DNA of 64,000 bases from the NCBI GenBank assembly GCA_964489135.1, contig CAZAXK010000002.1, forward strand, positions 25,692 through 89,691, read 5' to 3'. Positions within the stretch are counted from its first letter, which is position 1. The number at the start of each line of letters is the position of its first letter. Source of the DNA: an uncultured Candidatus Saccharibacteria bacterium (GTDB lineage Bacteria > Patescibacteriota > Minisyncoccia > Phycocordibacterales > WO2-35-19). A program made the translations under genes and the position numbers. Below are positions 9,658-19,102 of this stretch, piece by piece. The notes beneath the pieces are model-generated. The model ran no database searches. It saw only the letters and a program-made list of their open reading frames with translations, and was not told the origin of the DNA.

Positions 9658-10755
9658 TTATTCCGCCTTGATGTAGGCGCCATTCTTGAGAGTCCAGAGC
9701 TCGAGAGCAAAGGTCACCGATCGGTCGCTTTGGTAGCCGAATCCTTGGATTGCTGGGTTAGCGTATTTGTAATCCATTGCCTGAGAGACAAATTTCTTCG
9801 AGTCGAAGTTTGGAGATCGCATTATGCCAAGCACCGCTTTGGTAATGTCGTAGCCCAAAGCAGAAACATAATCTTCCGGATCCTTGCCATACTTCGTCTT
9901 ATACTTTGCGGTAAAATCGGAGCTAAATTTGTTCGGCGCAATACCGGGAGCAAAAGTGCCCTCGATCGAAGCTCCGAAATCCTTCACGGCCTGCATGTTG
10001 AGATCGACGAAGGTGATCCTCATCCCTTTATAACCCCTTTCCTTGAGGATTTTCATAAGGGTGAACGCTTGCGAAGTATCACCACTTGCCATGAATACCG
10101 CATCGGCTTTGGCTGCGATCACTTTGTCCGCTTGAGTTTTGAGGTCTCTGCTTTCGAAAGGGACGAGCTCATTGACCGCGACCGAGTATCCCCCATCCTT
10201 GGCCAAAGCCACCATTCCGTCGCGAGAATTGATGCCGAAGTCATCATTGGTATTTACCAAAGCGACTGTTTTAACACCTTGCTTCTTGATTTGCGGTAAG
10301 ACCGTCTTCAACTGATCAAGAGCACCGGGGTATCCACAAAATACATTGTCCAAGTCTTTGAACTGGTCGGAACAGTAAGAGGCAGAAAAGATGGTAACAC
10401 CTTTGGCCTTGGCCATTGGGGCGACGGCGACGACCTCATCCGGCACATAAAGACCGACGAGCACATCTACCTTATCAACCTCCAAAAGCTTTTTGGCTGC
10501 ACTTACTCCGTCGACAGTGTCGGTATGGTCGTCTTCTATGATAAAGGTTACCTTGCTCGGATCGAATTCTGATTTGACAAGCTCTACACCTTGCAGAAGC
10601 TTTTCTCCCGATACTGCGACACTACCACTCAAAGGCAGGATCACCCCAACCTTTATCGGTCCAGTTTTCTCCTGCTGTTTGGGTTGCTTTGCTAGCCATA
10701 CTGCCCCAAGAACCACAATTATTGCTACCACAAGCCATACCAATTTATTTTTCAT
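9658..10755 (-). CDS. ABC transporter substrate-binding protein, LivK/PBP1 family
   Basis: ORF trimmed to ATG 10753-10755 (MKNKLVWLVVAIIVVLGAVWLA...), matching the N-termini of the paralogs. The track ORF began with TTG. Confidence 0.75.
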   Translation of the reverse strand: MKNKLVWLVVAIIVVLGAVWLAKQPKQQEKTGPIKVGVILPLSGSVAVSGEKLLQGVELVKSEFDPSKVTFIIEDDHTDTVDGVSAAKKLLEVDKVDVLVGLYVPDEVVAVAPMAKAKGVTIFSASYCSDQFKDLDNVFCGYPGALDQLKTVLPQIKKQGVKTVALVNTNDDFGINSRDGMVALAKDGGYSVAVNELVPFESRDLKTQADKVIAAKADAVFMASGDTSQAFTLMKILKERGYKGMRITFVDLNMQAVKDFGASIEGTFAPGIAPNKFSSDFTAKYKTKYGKDPEDYVSALGYDITKAVLGIMRSPNFDSKKFVSQAMDYKYANPAIQGFGYQSDRSVTFALELWTLKNGAYIKAE

Positions 10756-10832
10756 TATATTTATAGGTTTTGTTAATGCCTCAATACTAACAAACCAAGC
10801 CGATATGTAAATGGAAGTGCTATAGTTAGACA

Positions 10833-11624
10833 ATGATAAATTTAGAGGGCCTCTTAGCCAAACTAAAGCAAAAAGACGAGGTAGATGCAGTTTTGCTTAC
10901 CGGTTCGCAAGGGCGCGGAGAGCACAAAGAGTATAGCGACATAGACCTGCTTATAATACTGAGAGAAAACACCGAACACATTTTTAGTCTGTATCAAATC
11001 ATCGATAACAAGCCGGCAGATATATTCTTTTCCGACATTGATGCGCTCCGAAAAATTGCCGAGCAAGACACGCTACCAGCAAACACTATGGAAGCTGCGT
11101 TCATAGACTGGCTCAAGGAAGGACGGGTGGAATTTGATAAGTCAGGTACTCTTTCTGCACTCCAAGCCAAAGTGGATGAATTAAAAAAGAAAGCAAGAGT
11201 TCCAGAACCCGAGATGCGAAAGTTTGAATCGCTCATAAACCACGGCTACCTAACCAACAAAAGATACTACGCTTCGAAACAGCCCGAATACCTAGAAGCG
11301 TTGGAAGTAAAGATGCTTGCCGATATAAACAACATCTTGGTGGGTTATTTTGAGTTCAGAAATATCCCATGGAGAGGAGAAAAGAGGATGATCAAATACC
11401 TGAAGGAAACTGATCCAGAATTCTACTCGCTCTTCTTCACCTTTATCCGGACCGGTAATAATATTGATGAGAAATTCACAATTTATGAAAAACTTATAAG
11501 CAAGGTGTTCTTCGGCGATTATAGACTCTGGACCAAAGATACAATTAGCCCAAGCATCAAGGGACCGATGGAAGAAGAAAAAAGATTCTCCCTAATTGAG
11601 TATTGGGCGAAATTAATCGGATAA
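10833..11624 (+). CDS. Pol-beta superfamily nucleotidyltransferase (KNTase/ANT(4')-like fold)
   Basis: 263 aa. LLTGSQGRGEHKEYSDIDLLIIL motif (GS..RG...SDID), then a helical C-terminal domain. Opposite strand to the liv genes. Confidence 0.65.
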   Translation: MINLEGLLAKLKQKDEVDAVLLTGSQGRGEHKEYSDIDLLIILRENTEHIFSLYQIIDNKPADIFFSDIDALRKIAEQDTLPANTMEAAFIDWLKEGRVEFDKSGTLSALQAKVDELKKKARVPEPEMRKFESLINHGYLTNKRYYASKQPEYLEALEVKMLADINNILVGYFEFRNIPWRGEKRMIKYLKETDPEFYSLFFTFIRTGNNIDEKFTIYEKLISKVFFGDYRLWTKDTISPSIKGPMEEEKRFSLIEYWAKLIG

Positions 11625-11644
11625 ATAGTTTATTAAAAGAGAAA

Positions 11645-11756
11645 GGCTCGGAGCGCCTGCACGCATTTCCGAGCCCTCTGCCCTACCCCTTCTTCGGGGG
11701 TGGGGACTTTTTTGAGGTCCTGGTCGGGACTAACCGACCGAGCCCTCCCCTAGAGC
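11645..11756 (+). repeat. GC-rich structured intergenic element related to the 28597/56639 repeat family (degenerate copy D)
   Basis: Hairpin ggctcgga-N15-tccgagcc (11645-11675), then CCCTACCCCTTC...GGGGGTGGGG, then CCCTCCCCTAGAGCC. Shares CCCTA(A)CCCCTTC and CCCCTAGA with copies A and B. Confidence 0.4.
11681..11713 (+). terminator. intrinsic terminator after the nucleotidyltransferase gene
   Basis: ccctacccc-ttcttc-gggggtgggg stem-loop followed by acTTTTTTg. Confidence 0.5.
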
Positions 11757-11843
11757 CAAACTGGCCCATAATGCACCTCCGTGGTTATTATAACACGATA
11801 TTGTGCTTTTAGTAAATGATAAAAAATCAGGGATAAGGGATGG

Positions 11844-12596
11844 TTATTCCCCGAGGTACGCCTCCACGACGTCCTTGCGGGCGAGGACTTCGGCAGGAGC
11901 TCCTTCGGCCAAGAGTCGGCCGGCGTCGAGGACGTAGAGGTGGTCGCAGAGCTCGCGGATGAGGTCCATATTGTGCTCAACGAGAATTATGGTTTTGCCC
12001 TGGTCGCGAAGTTCTTTAATAACCGAGCTCACGATCTTGACCATCTCAGGGAAGAGTCCGGCAAACGGCTCGTCGAAGAAGAATATTTCAGCCCCACCGG
12101 TCGGCGAATGCACCATGGCAAGTACCCGAGCAATCTCGAGGAGTTTGCGCTGACCGTAGGAAAGGCCGGAGGCGAGCTCGTTCTTCTTACCCGCAAGACC
12201 AACTCGAGTGAGCACCTCCTCGGCCTTTTCGAGATGAAAGGCCTTGTGCTTTTCAAAAAAAGCGCCGCCCACATTCCTCTCCGTAAGCACAACTAAAATA
12301 TTGTCCAAAACGGTCATCTGCTCGAAAAGGCGCACGTCTTGGAACGTCCGCGTCATTTCGTACTCGGGCACTTCCCAACGCATAATTTTCGCTAGAGCCG
12401 TCTTCTCCCCCACCAATATACGCCCTCCGTCCACCTTATGAAGACCGGTGATCGTATTGATGAGTGTCGATTTCCCACTACCATTCGGGCCAATGAGCCC
12501 CGTTATCTTCCCCTGCTCAAACCGCACGCTCAAACCATCGACGGCCTTTACTCCGTCAAAATGCTTTTCTAAATTTTTGGTCGCAAGTGTGGACAT
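11844..12596 (-). CDS. livG: branched-chain amino acid ABC transporter ATP-binding protein LivG-type
   Basis: 250 aa. Walker A GPNGSGKST, signature LSYGQRK, Walker B FFFDEP. Confidence 0.85.
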   Translation of the reverse strand: MSTLATKNLEKHFDGVKAVDGLSVRFEQGKITGLIGPNGSGKSTLINTITGLHKVDGGRILVGEKTALAKIMRWEVPEYEMTRTFQDVRLFEQMTVLDNILVVLTERNVGGAFFEKHKAFHLEKAEEVLTRVGLAGKKNELASGLSYGQRKLLEIARVLAMVHSPTGGAEIFFFDEPFAGLFPEMVKIVSSVIKELRDQGKTIILVEHNMDLIRELCDHLYVLDAGRLLAEGAPAEVLARKDVVEAYLGE

Positions 12597-12600
12597 ATTT

Positions 12601-13686
12601 TTATCTTATTACTTTTCCATCCTGAACTTTCCCAAAATACACATTCGGAACTCTCAAGCCAGTGTTATCGAATTTTAGCTCCCCGTCAGCCCCAATAAAT
12701 TTTGCCATATTCATATTAGCAATCCATTTGGACGAATCGGAATCATATGTATTCGCTAGCAACATAAATGCGTTATAACCCATGTCTGAACCAAATGGAG
12801 CGTCAATTTTATACTTAGCTTTGAAAACCCGCTTGAACTCCTCAGTAAAATCATTCTTAGACATCGATATTATACTTCCATTTATTTTGTCCATATCAGA
12901 AGCGAGAATGTTTTTATAATCTGACAAACCTGATTCGAAGCTGTTATCAAAAGCAAATTTTGGAGGATTTTCGCCAACAATTTTTAGTATTTCTTTGACC
13001 ATAATTGCACAATCTTTTGGCACTCCGAAGAAAACCACCACGTCTGGCTTGGAATTCACAATGGCCAATGCTTGAGACCTTAGCGTACCAACATCGTTTC
13101 CAATATCATATTTAGTAACATCCCCACCCCACCCATCGATGAATCCGGAGTAAAAATTCTGGTAAACTGGAGTGTTGTTGCTTACTACTGCGAGTGGTTT
13201 TTTGTATCCTAACTTCCTTAGCTCCTGCCCCAAACCTCTTTGCACCGGAACCGCAGCCGGAAGAACTTGAAAGATGTTGTCATCCTCAGCTGGTTTACTT
13301 TGCTCAAAACCTAGTGCTACGGGTTTGCCCTCTTTGTGCACCAAATCATACACTGCATCAATAGTGAATGAAGAGAGGATGGCATACGCATCTACATTAT
13401 TGGTACTACTGATCTTCTTGTATGCAGAAAGACCTTTGACAGCATTAAAGCTGTCGTCTTCAATAATAGGGCGGAACTTTAAATCATGAGAAGCGTTCCA
13501 CTCTTCTAGTGCAAGGTTAAAACCTTTTATGTAGCCCTCACCAGCCGAAGCGTATTCACCTGTCGTACCTGCTATCACTCCCAATTTTATAAGTTTGTCA
13601 GCCTGGGGCGCCTGCCTCTTATTTAGCACAAAATATCCCCCGATCAGGACCGCTCCGATTATTAAGATTGCAATTACTTTTTTCAT
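12601..13686 (-). CDS. ABC transporter substrate-binding protein, LivK/PBP1 family
   Basis: 361 aa. N-terminus MKKVIAILIIGAVLIGGYFVLNKRQ is almost identical to that of the next paralog. Confidence 0.75.
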   Translation of the reverse strand: MKKVIAILIIGAVLIGGYFVLNKRQAPQADKLIKLGVIAGTTGEYASAGEGYIKGFNLALEEWNASHDLKFRPIIEDDSFNAVKGLSAYKKISSTNNVDAYAILSSFTIDAVYDLVHKEGKPVALGFEQSKPAEDDNIFQVLPAAVPVQRGLGQELRKLGYKKPLAVVSNNTPVYQNFYSGFIDGWGGDVTKYDIGNDVGTLRSQALAIVNSKPDVVVFFGVPKDCAIMVKEILKIVGENPPKFAFDNSFESGLSDYKNILASDMDKINGSIISMSKNDFTEEFKRVFKAKYKIDAPFGSDMGYNAFMLLANTYDSDSSKWIANMNMAKFIGADGELKFDNTGLRVPNVYFGKVQDGKVIR

Positions 13687-13687
13687 T

Positions 13688-14788
13688 TTATTGTTCTACT
13701 TCTACAAATTCTCCATCTGTTACTTTGTAGAGGTGTTCGAGTTTTTCTGAATACTGCTTGCCTTCAAAATTAATTTTTCGGTCTAGTCCTTGAATATTAA
13801 CTTTGCGCATTGCCTCAGAAACAGAAACGCCTTCTTTTTTGCTGATTCGAACAGCTTCTAGAAGAGTTCTTACCCCATCATACCCAAATGATACGAAAGT
13901 GATATCTGATGTCTCGCTGCCAAATTGAGCTTGATATTTAGCCTCAAGATCTTTTGTATTATTTGCATACAAGTTTGTGAAGTACAAATTTTCTGCATCC
14001 TTCCCCGCTTGAGCAACTTCATCAGAAGAAATACTATCTCCAGTCATAAGCACAGCATTTATTCCGAGTTCTCGTGTCTGTCTCACAAATGGAGAAATCG
14101 TACTTGGCAGAAATGGGAAATATATTCCATCTACTCCGGCTGATTTGATTTTGGCGAGAGTTGTACGAAAATCTTTTTGCGTGGGAAGTATTTTTTCACT
14201 TACAACCACAGAACCTCCGAGCTCTTTGAACTTTCTCTCAAATGCACTCGCAATAAGAGAGGACCACTCATCTTCCTGAGCAATAACCGCGATCTTGGCC
14301 AGCTTCAAATTATTCTTTGCATAATTGGCCATTTTATATCCAGACCCTTCAGTGGAGAATCCTATTGTAAATATGTTAGAACCTGCCGATTTTATATAAT
14401 CATTGCTATCCCAGACAGCAACAAGTGGAATCCCAGAAGAAGTAAATATAGGAGCCACCGGCTTTACCTCTTGGACAGTAGCTGTGATGACGCCTTGAAC
14501 CTTGTCTGTTCCTACCAATTTGCTTGCTGCATTTATACTTCCAACTGCGGTAGAACGATCATCTTCGACAATATATTCTATATTTATTCCTTCTTGCTTG
14601 GCTTCCTCGACAGCAATCAAAGCACCTTTATTTATTGCCTCGCCAAAAATAGCAAAGTCACCACTCATTGGGAGTATCGCGCCAATCCTAATTGGCGACG
14701 CATCCTTCGGTCCCTGCCTCTTATTCAGCACAAAGTACCCCCCGATCAGGACCGCTCCGATTATTAAGATTGCAATTGCTTTTTTCAT
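13688..14788 (-). CDS. ABC transporter substrate-binding protein, LivK/PBP1 family
   Basis: 366 aa. MKKAIAILIIGAVLIGGYFVLNKRQ. ATGA start/stop overlap with the upstream paralog. Confidence 0.75.
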   Translation of the reverse strand: MKKAIAILIIGAVLIGGYFVLNKRQGPKDASPIRIGAILPMSGDFAIFGEAINKGALIAVEEAKQEGINIEYIVEDDRSTAVGSINAASKLVGTDKVQGVITATVQEVKPVAPIFTSSGIPLVAVWDSNDYIKSAGSNIFTIGFSTEGSGYKMANYAKNNLKLAKIAVIAQEDEWSSLIASAFERKFKELGGSVVVSEKILPTQKDFRTTLAKIKSAGVDGIYFPFLPSTISPFVRQTRELGINAVLMTGDSISSDEVAQAGKDAENLYFTNLYANNTKDLEAKYQAQFGSETSDITFVSFGYDGVRTLLEAVRISKKEGVSVSEAMRKVNIQGLDRKINFEGKQYSEKLEHLYKVTDGEFVEVEQ

Positions 14789-15909
14789 TTATTTAGTGGA
14801 ACGATAACACCATTCTTAACTTGGCTGACTTGATACTGCTTGGCTTGAGTCACCACACCGCCAATGGAATCAAAAGTTACTTCACCAAAAGAAACACTGC
14901 TAAATGAATGTGAATTCATATAAGCAACCGGATTCGTTTGGCCATTTTTTAGGACATCAGCCATAATCATAATTGTATCGTAGGCCGTAGATGCCGAAAG
15001 TACCGGAGCAACAGAATATACTTTTTTGTATTTACTAACAAATCCCTGTGAGGATGGCGAATTTTCGACAAACGTAATTCCTTCGAGATATTGCTTGTAA
15101 TCGTTATCCCCCTCAACAAATTGTCTTACAATATCATTCGAATATGCAGAAACATTCGGGATTATTAGTGTATGGTCTTTCAGGAAACCAGTAGCCATTT
15201 TTTCGTCATATACGCCGAAAACCACCGCGTCCCCGCCATTTGATTTTATTTTTGTAAATGTGGTCTTGAAATCAGATACACCGGAATTAACCAGATCCGT
15301 AGAAATTATTTCCATCCCCTCGCCGTTGACAGCCTTCTTAAAAAACTCAATGAATTCGGTGTAGTAAGGGTCATTTTGAAAAACGAGAGCAATTTTTGAC
15401 TTTCCTTGTTGTTTTATCGTCTTTGCCAGCCCATCTGTAAGAGAGTCAACCCGATACCAGACAGAATATACGTTCTTAATGGGTGCACCCTGTTGCACAG
15501 CGGTAATACTTGCAGAGGGGCTGATCATTAATATGTTCTTATCTTTCACTACCCCTTGCGCCCCCGGGTAACTGTCGAGCCATGTCGGCCCCACAATGTA
15601 AGAAATTCCGTCGAAGCTTACAAGTTTTTGGACAGCAGAAAGAGAATCTTTGGAAGAGCTTTTTGTATCCTCGAATACTATTTCGATTGGTCTACCATTA
15701 ATTCCTCCCTTTGAATTAACTTCATTTACAGCAAGATTGATTCCATTCCTTTCTGCCTCACCCCAAGTCGACGCGTCACCAGTGAGTGCCAAAGCTGCGC
15801 CTATTTTAATCGGAGTGTTATCCGTAATCTTCGGTGTTCGTGATCTAAAAATGCCGACACCGACAACCACCACCACCGCAACCACAAGCCAAATGATTTT
15901 GTTTTTCAT
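14785..15909 (-). CDS. ABC transporter substrate-binding protein, LivK/PBP1 family
   Basis: 374 aa. MKNKIIWLVVAVVVVVGVGIF N-terminus. Confidence 0.75.
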   Translation of the reverse strand: MKNKIIWLVVAVVVVVGVGIFRSRTPKITDNTPIKIGAALALTGDASTWGEAERNGINLAVNEVNSKGGINGRPIEIVFEDTKSSSKDSLSAVQKLVSFDGISYIVGPTWLDSYPGAQGVVKDKNILMISPSASITAVQQGAPIKNVYSVWYRVDSLTDGLAKTIKQQGKSKIALVFQNDPYYTEFIEFFKKAVNGEGMEIISTDLVNSGVSDFKTTFTKIKSNGGDAVVFGVYDEKMATGFLKDHTLIIPNVSAYSNDIVRQFVEGDNDYKQYLEGITFVENSPSSQGFVSKYKKVYSVAPVLSASTAYDTIMIMADVLKNGQTNPVAYMNSHSFSSVSFGEVTFDSIGGVVTQAKQYQVSQVKNGVIVPLNK

Positions 15910-15910
15910 A

Positions 15911-17023
15911 TTATTGTTCTAAGTTTACAAATTTGCCCCCTTTTACAATTTTGAATATAGTCGGTTTAGAAGAAAAACCATTTTCATCAATACTGATTGA
16001 TCCACTTACCCCGTTATATCCGACGATTTTATGCAGATTATCCATCATACAATCCGTGTCCTCGCCACATTTTTTAAAAACTTCAAACTCAAGTTTCAAA
16101 GCGTCATAGGCATTAGAGGCGAAAACATCTGGGTCGATATTGTATTTTCTGTTAAAACTTGATTTGAAAGCTGAAAAATTTTGACTCAAGATCATTGGAT
16201 CAGCCGATGATATGATAAAACCTTCGGCCGCCTCTCCGGCTACGCTTAAGACAATGGGGTCTTCGTTCTGGTAGTTACCAACCAAAGGCGCATCTATACC
16301 CATATCTTTTGATTGTTTAATAATTGTCCCCAGCGCACCAGTCAGCTGAGTGACAAAAATAACATCTGGCTTTGAGTTCTTCACTTTTATCAGGTGTGAT
16401 CTAAAATCTGTAGTTTCTAGTGATGTCATTTCGTCGGCCACTATCTGCCCACCCGACTCTACAATTCGTTCCCCGATATATTTGCGATAATCTTTTCCAA
16501 ATTGAGTATTGTAAAAAATAAACGCAACTTTTTTTGCCTTTAACTTGTTAATCGCAAACTCCGCTAGAGTGTTGGCATTATCTTCAACTGAAAAATTAGG
16601 TGAGAAATAATATTTTTTACCCAAAAGATCACTTACATTTGCAGCCACCCCGACATTGATCACCTTGTTTGGTTCAGTTATTTCCATAGAGGGCACGAGA
16701 CCTATTGCACAAAACTGGTTGACTATTTTCAGTTGATCTACATTTACCAACTTTTGCACAGCTGATGTAATATCTTTAGGGAGGCATGCGTCTTCGTATA
16801 CAATCTCGACATTCATCCCACTGTTCTCGCTTTCAATTTGTTCTTTAGCAAGGTCAAAACCTTTTTTAATATTTTCTCCAATCGAGGCGTAGTTCCCCGT
16901 GAGAGGAACTGCCGCCCCTACTCTTAGTGTGCTACTCTTCGGGTTTGAGTTTTTATTGCGTAGGGCAAAAACTCCCCCAACCACCACCACCGCAACAACA
17001 AGCCAAATAATTTTGTTTTTCAT
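15911..17023 (-). CDS. ABC transporter substrate-binding protein, LivK/PBP1 family
   Basis: 370 aa. MKNKIIWLVVAVVVVGGVFAL N-terminus. Confidence 0.75.
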   Translation of the reverse strand: MKNKIIWLVVAVVVVGGVFALRNKNSNPKSSTLRVGAAVPLTGNYASIGENIKKGFDLAKEQIESENSGMNVEIVYEDACLPKDITSAVQKLVNVDQLKIVNQFCAIGLVPSMEITEPNKVINVGVAANVSDLLGKKYYFSPNFSVEDNANTLAEFAINKLKAKKVAFIFYNTQFGKDYRKYIGERIVESGGQIVADEMTSLETTDFRSHLIKVKNSKPDVIFVTQLTGALGTIIKQSKDMGIDAPLVGNYQNEDPIVLSVAGEAAEGFIISSADPMILSQNFSAFKSSFNRKYNIDPDVFASNAYDALKLEFEVFKKCGEDTDCMMDNLHKIVGYNGVSGSISIDENGFSSKPTIFKIVKGGKFVNLEQ

Positions 17024-17024
17024 A

Positions 17025-18140
17025 TTATTGTTCTAATAAAAATTCATGGAACTTGCCATTTGTATATTTATAATAATGCGGGCTCATATTTAAAACTCGA
17101 TCATCGCCAAAACCAGCGGCTTGAAGTCCTCCTACATATGTATCCTCTTTCATTTTGGAGACGACGCACTTTTCATCAGACTTATCACATTGTGATATTG
17201 CCCTGTATAAATACATAACTTCGTCATACCCAAAAACAGCAGGCACAAAATCTTTTTCCGTTATCGCCGGGTATTTAATGGAAAGTTTTTCTCTTATTTT
17301 TTGGTCAACTGGCTGATCGTAAGTAATTACCCCTTCTATAGATCTTTGGGGGACACTCGAAATAACTTTGTCCGTAAAGGCATCGGGAATCCCTATTCCG
17401 GTAAATATTGGGACATTGAAGTCCAAAACATCTTTTTGTTTAAAAAAACTGACTGAGTGATCTTCATAAAATACGGGAATGATGGAATCGACGTGATCAT
17501 TTTTCATTTTCGCCAACATTGTACGAAAATCGGTTACATCGATATTAAATAGGTAAATTTTACTTGCGACACCTTTTTCTTGCGCCACTTTTTCAATGGC
17601 CACTTTACATTCTGGAGCAAAGTCGAGATTTAAAAGAAAACCTCCAATTTTTTTGGCGCCATTATCTGCCAAATATTCCGCCGCGGCAGTACATTGTTTT
17701 CCTATATCAAAATACATTTTGAAAGAGTATGGGTTCTCATCCAGAAATTTCTCTACCAATGAATTGTAAATAAGGGGAATTTTATTTTGAGCTGAAATTG
17801 GAGAAACGGCAGAACTTGGTCCTGTAAATTCAACCGTCAAAGCGTCCACCCCATCAACGGCAATAAGCTTTTGTGCGGCGCTCGCTGATTTTTGCGCCTC
17901 GGTGGCACCATCCTCAATCACTACCTCAATCTTTCCGCCTTGCGCCCTAATCTCGTCCACGGCCAGATGTGCTCCTTTAATATAACCTTCTCCCCAATAT
18001 GCACCCCATCCAGTAAGTGGGATAATGGCTCCTATTTTTACTGTATCCGATTTAGTATCTGAATTATTTCTGGATTGTCGCCACGCCACTCCCCCAACCA
18101 GCACCACCGCCACCACAAGCCAAATGATTTTGTTTTTCAT
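17025..18140 (-). CDS. ABC transporter substrate-binding protein, LivK/PBP1 family
   Basis: Trimmed to ATG 18138-18140 (MKNKIIWLVVAVVLVGGVAW). The track ORF started at TTG. Confidence 0.75.
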   Translation of the reverse strand: MKNKIIWLVVAVVLVGGVAWRQSRNNSDTKSDTVKIGAIIPLTGWGAYWGEGYIKGAHLAVDEIRAQGGKIEVVIEDGATEAQKSASAAQKLIAVDGVDALTVEFTGPSSAVSPISAQNKIPLIYNSLVEKFLDENPYSFKMYFDIGKQCTAAAEYLADNGAKKIGGFLLNLDFAPECKVAIEKVAQEKGVASKIYLFNIDVTDFRTMLAKMKNDHVDSIIPVFYEDHSVSFFKQKDVLDFNVPIFTGIGIPDAFTDKVISSVPQRSIEGVITYDQPVDQKIREKLSIKYPAITEKDFVPAVFGYDEVMYLYRAISQCDKSDEKCVVSKMKEDTYVGGLQAAGFGDDRVLNMSPHYYKYTNGKFHEFLLEQ

Positions 18141-18187
18141 GTTCAAAAATAAAGTTGAAATGATAAAGGATCAGAGATAAATGATAA

Positions 18188-19069
18188 TTACAACTTATAC
18201 TCCCCGACCAACCCCTGTGGTCTATACATCATTAGTATAACCAGAAGGACCCCGTAAACAAGCTGGCGCATTTGGGCTACAATTTCGGACGGAAAGCCGA
18301 CAAAGCGCAGAGCTTCCGGTAAAAGAATGAGGAAAATAGCCCCCAAAACCGAGCCCCGCAAATTGGCGAGCCCGCCTAGAATAATTATCGAAAGAATGAA
18401 GATCGATTCGTTCAGGGTAAAGGTGGAAGGGTCGATGAAGGTGATGTAGCTTGCAAATAACGAGCCCGCGATCGATGCGAGTACCGCTCCGATCACAAAG
18501 ATGACTAATTTGTACTGATGCGTTTTGTAGCCAAAGACCTGAATCGCTTGTTCGTCTTCCCTGATTGCTTTGAGCACTCGCCCGAAAGAGGAGTTGGTGA
18601 TAAAAGAGGAAAGATAGAAGATGATTACGGCAGCCACTGCGACAAGGATCAAAAAGGAGAAGTTGTCGGAAAAGTCCAAGGAAAAAATATTCATAAAGTT
18701 GAATGAGGGTCGGTCAATGCCGGGGATTCCGAGTGGCCCACGGGTTAAACCTTGGGAATTAAGAAATATGCTGTAAACGATCACATTGAAGCCGAAGGAG
18801 CCAAGCACATAGTAGTCGCCCTTGAATCGGCTTAGTACAAACCCAATAGCCAAGCTTACGAGAGCCGTAATGATAGCCCCAAGGATAATCGAGAGGAAGA
18901 AGTTGACGTCGTATCGGGTAAGCAGGATTGCGGTGGTATATGACCCAATACCGTAAAAGGCCGCTTGAGTGATTGATAGCAGGCCTGTATACCCCACCAC
19001 CAAGTTCAAAGAGAGCCCGAGTATCGCATATATTCCTACTAGTATGCTTAAGTGTATTAAATATTCCAT
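18188..19069 (-). CDS. livM: branched-chain amino acid ABC transporter permease LivM-type
   Basis: 293 aa polytopic membrane protein. Confidence 0.8.
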   Translation of the reverse strand: MEYLIHLSILVGIYAILGLSLNLVVGYTGLLSITQAAFYGIGSYTTAILLTRYDVNFFLSIILGAIITALVSLAIGFVLSRFKGDYYVLGSFGFNVIVYSIFLNSQGLTRGPLGIPGIDRPSFNFMNIFSLDFSDNFSFLILVAVAAVIIFYLSSFITNSSFGRVLKAIREDEQAIQVFGYKTHQYKLVIFVIGAVLASIAGSLFASYITFIDPSTFTLNESIFILSIIILGGLANLRGSVLGAIFLILLPEALRFVGFPSEIVAQMRQLVYGVLLVILMMYRPQGLVGEYKL

Positions 19070-19102
19070 GAGTCAATTAATTATAAAACTTAAAGTGCAA
19101 AG

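Noticed and set aside
11603-11812. 69-aa plus-strand ORF in the intergenic region after the nucleotidyltransferase
   Set aside because: It lies entirely within the GC-rich repeat/terminator element D. Its open frame is a by-product of high GC.
12601-18146. Possibility that the regular ~1.1-kb periodicity is a CRISPR-like or other repeat array
   Set aside because: The units are full-length paralogous substrate-binding-protein genes with signal peptides, not short direct repeats with spacers.
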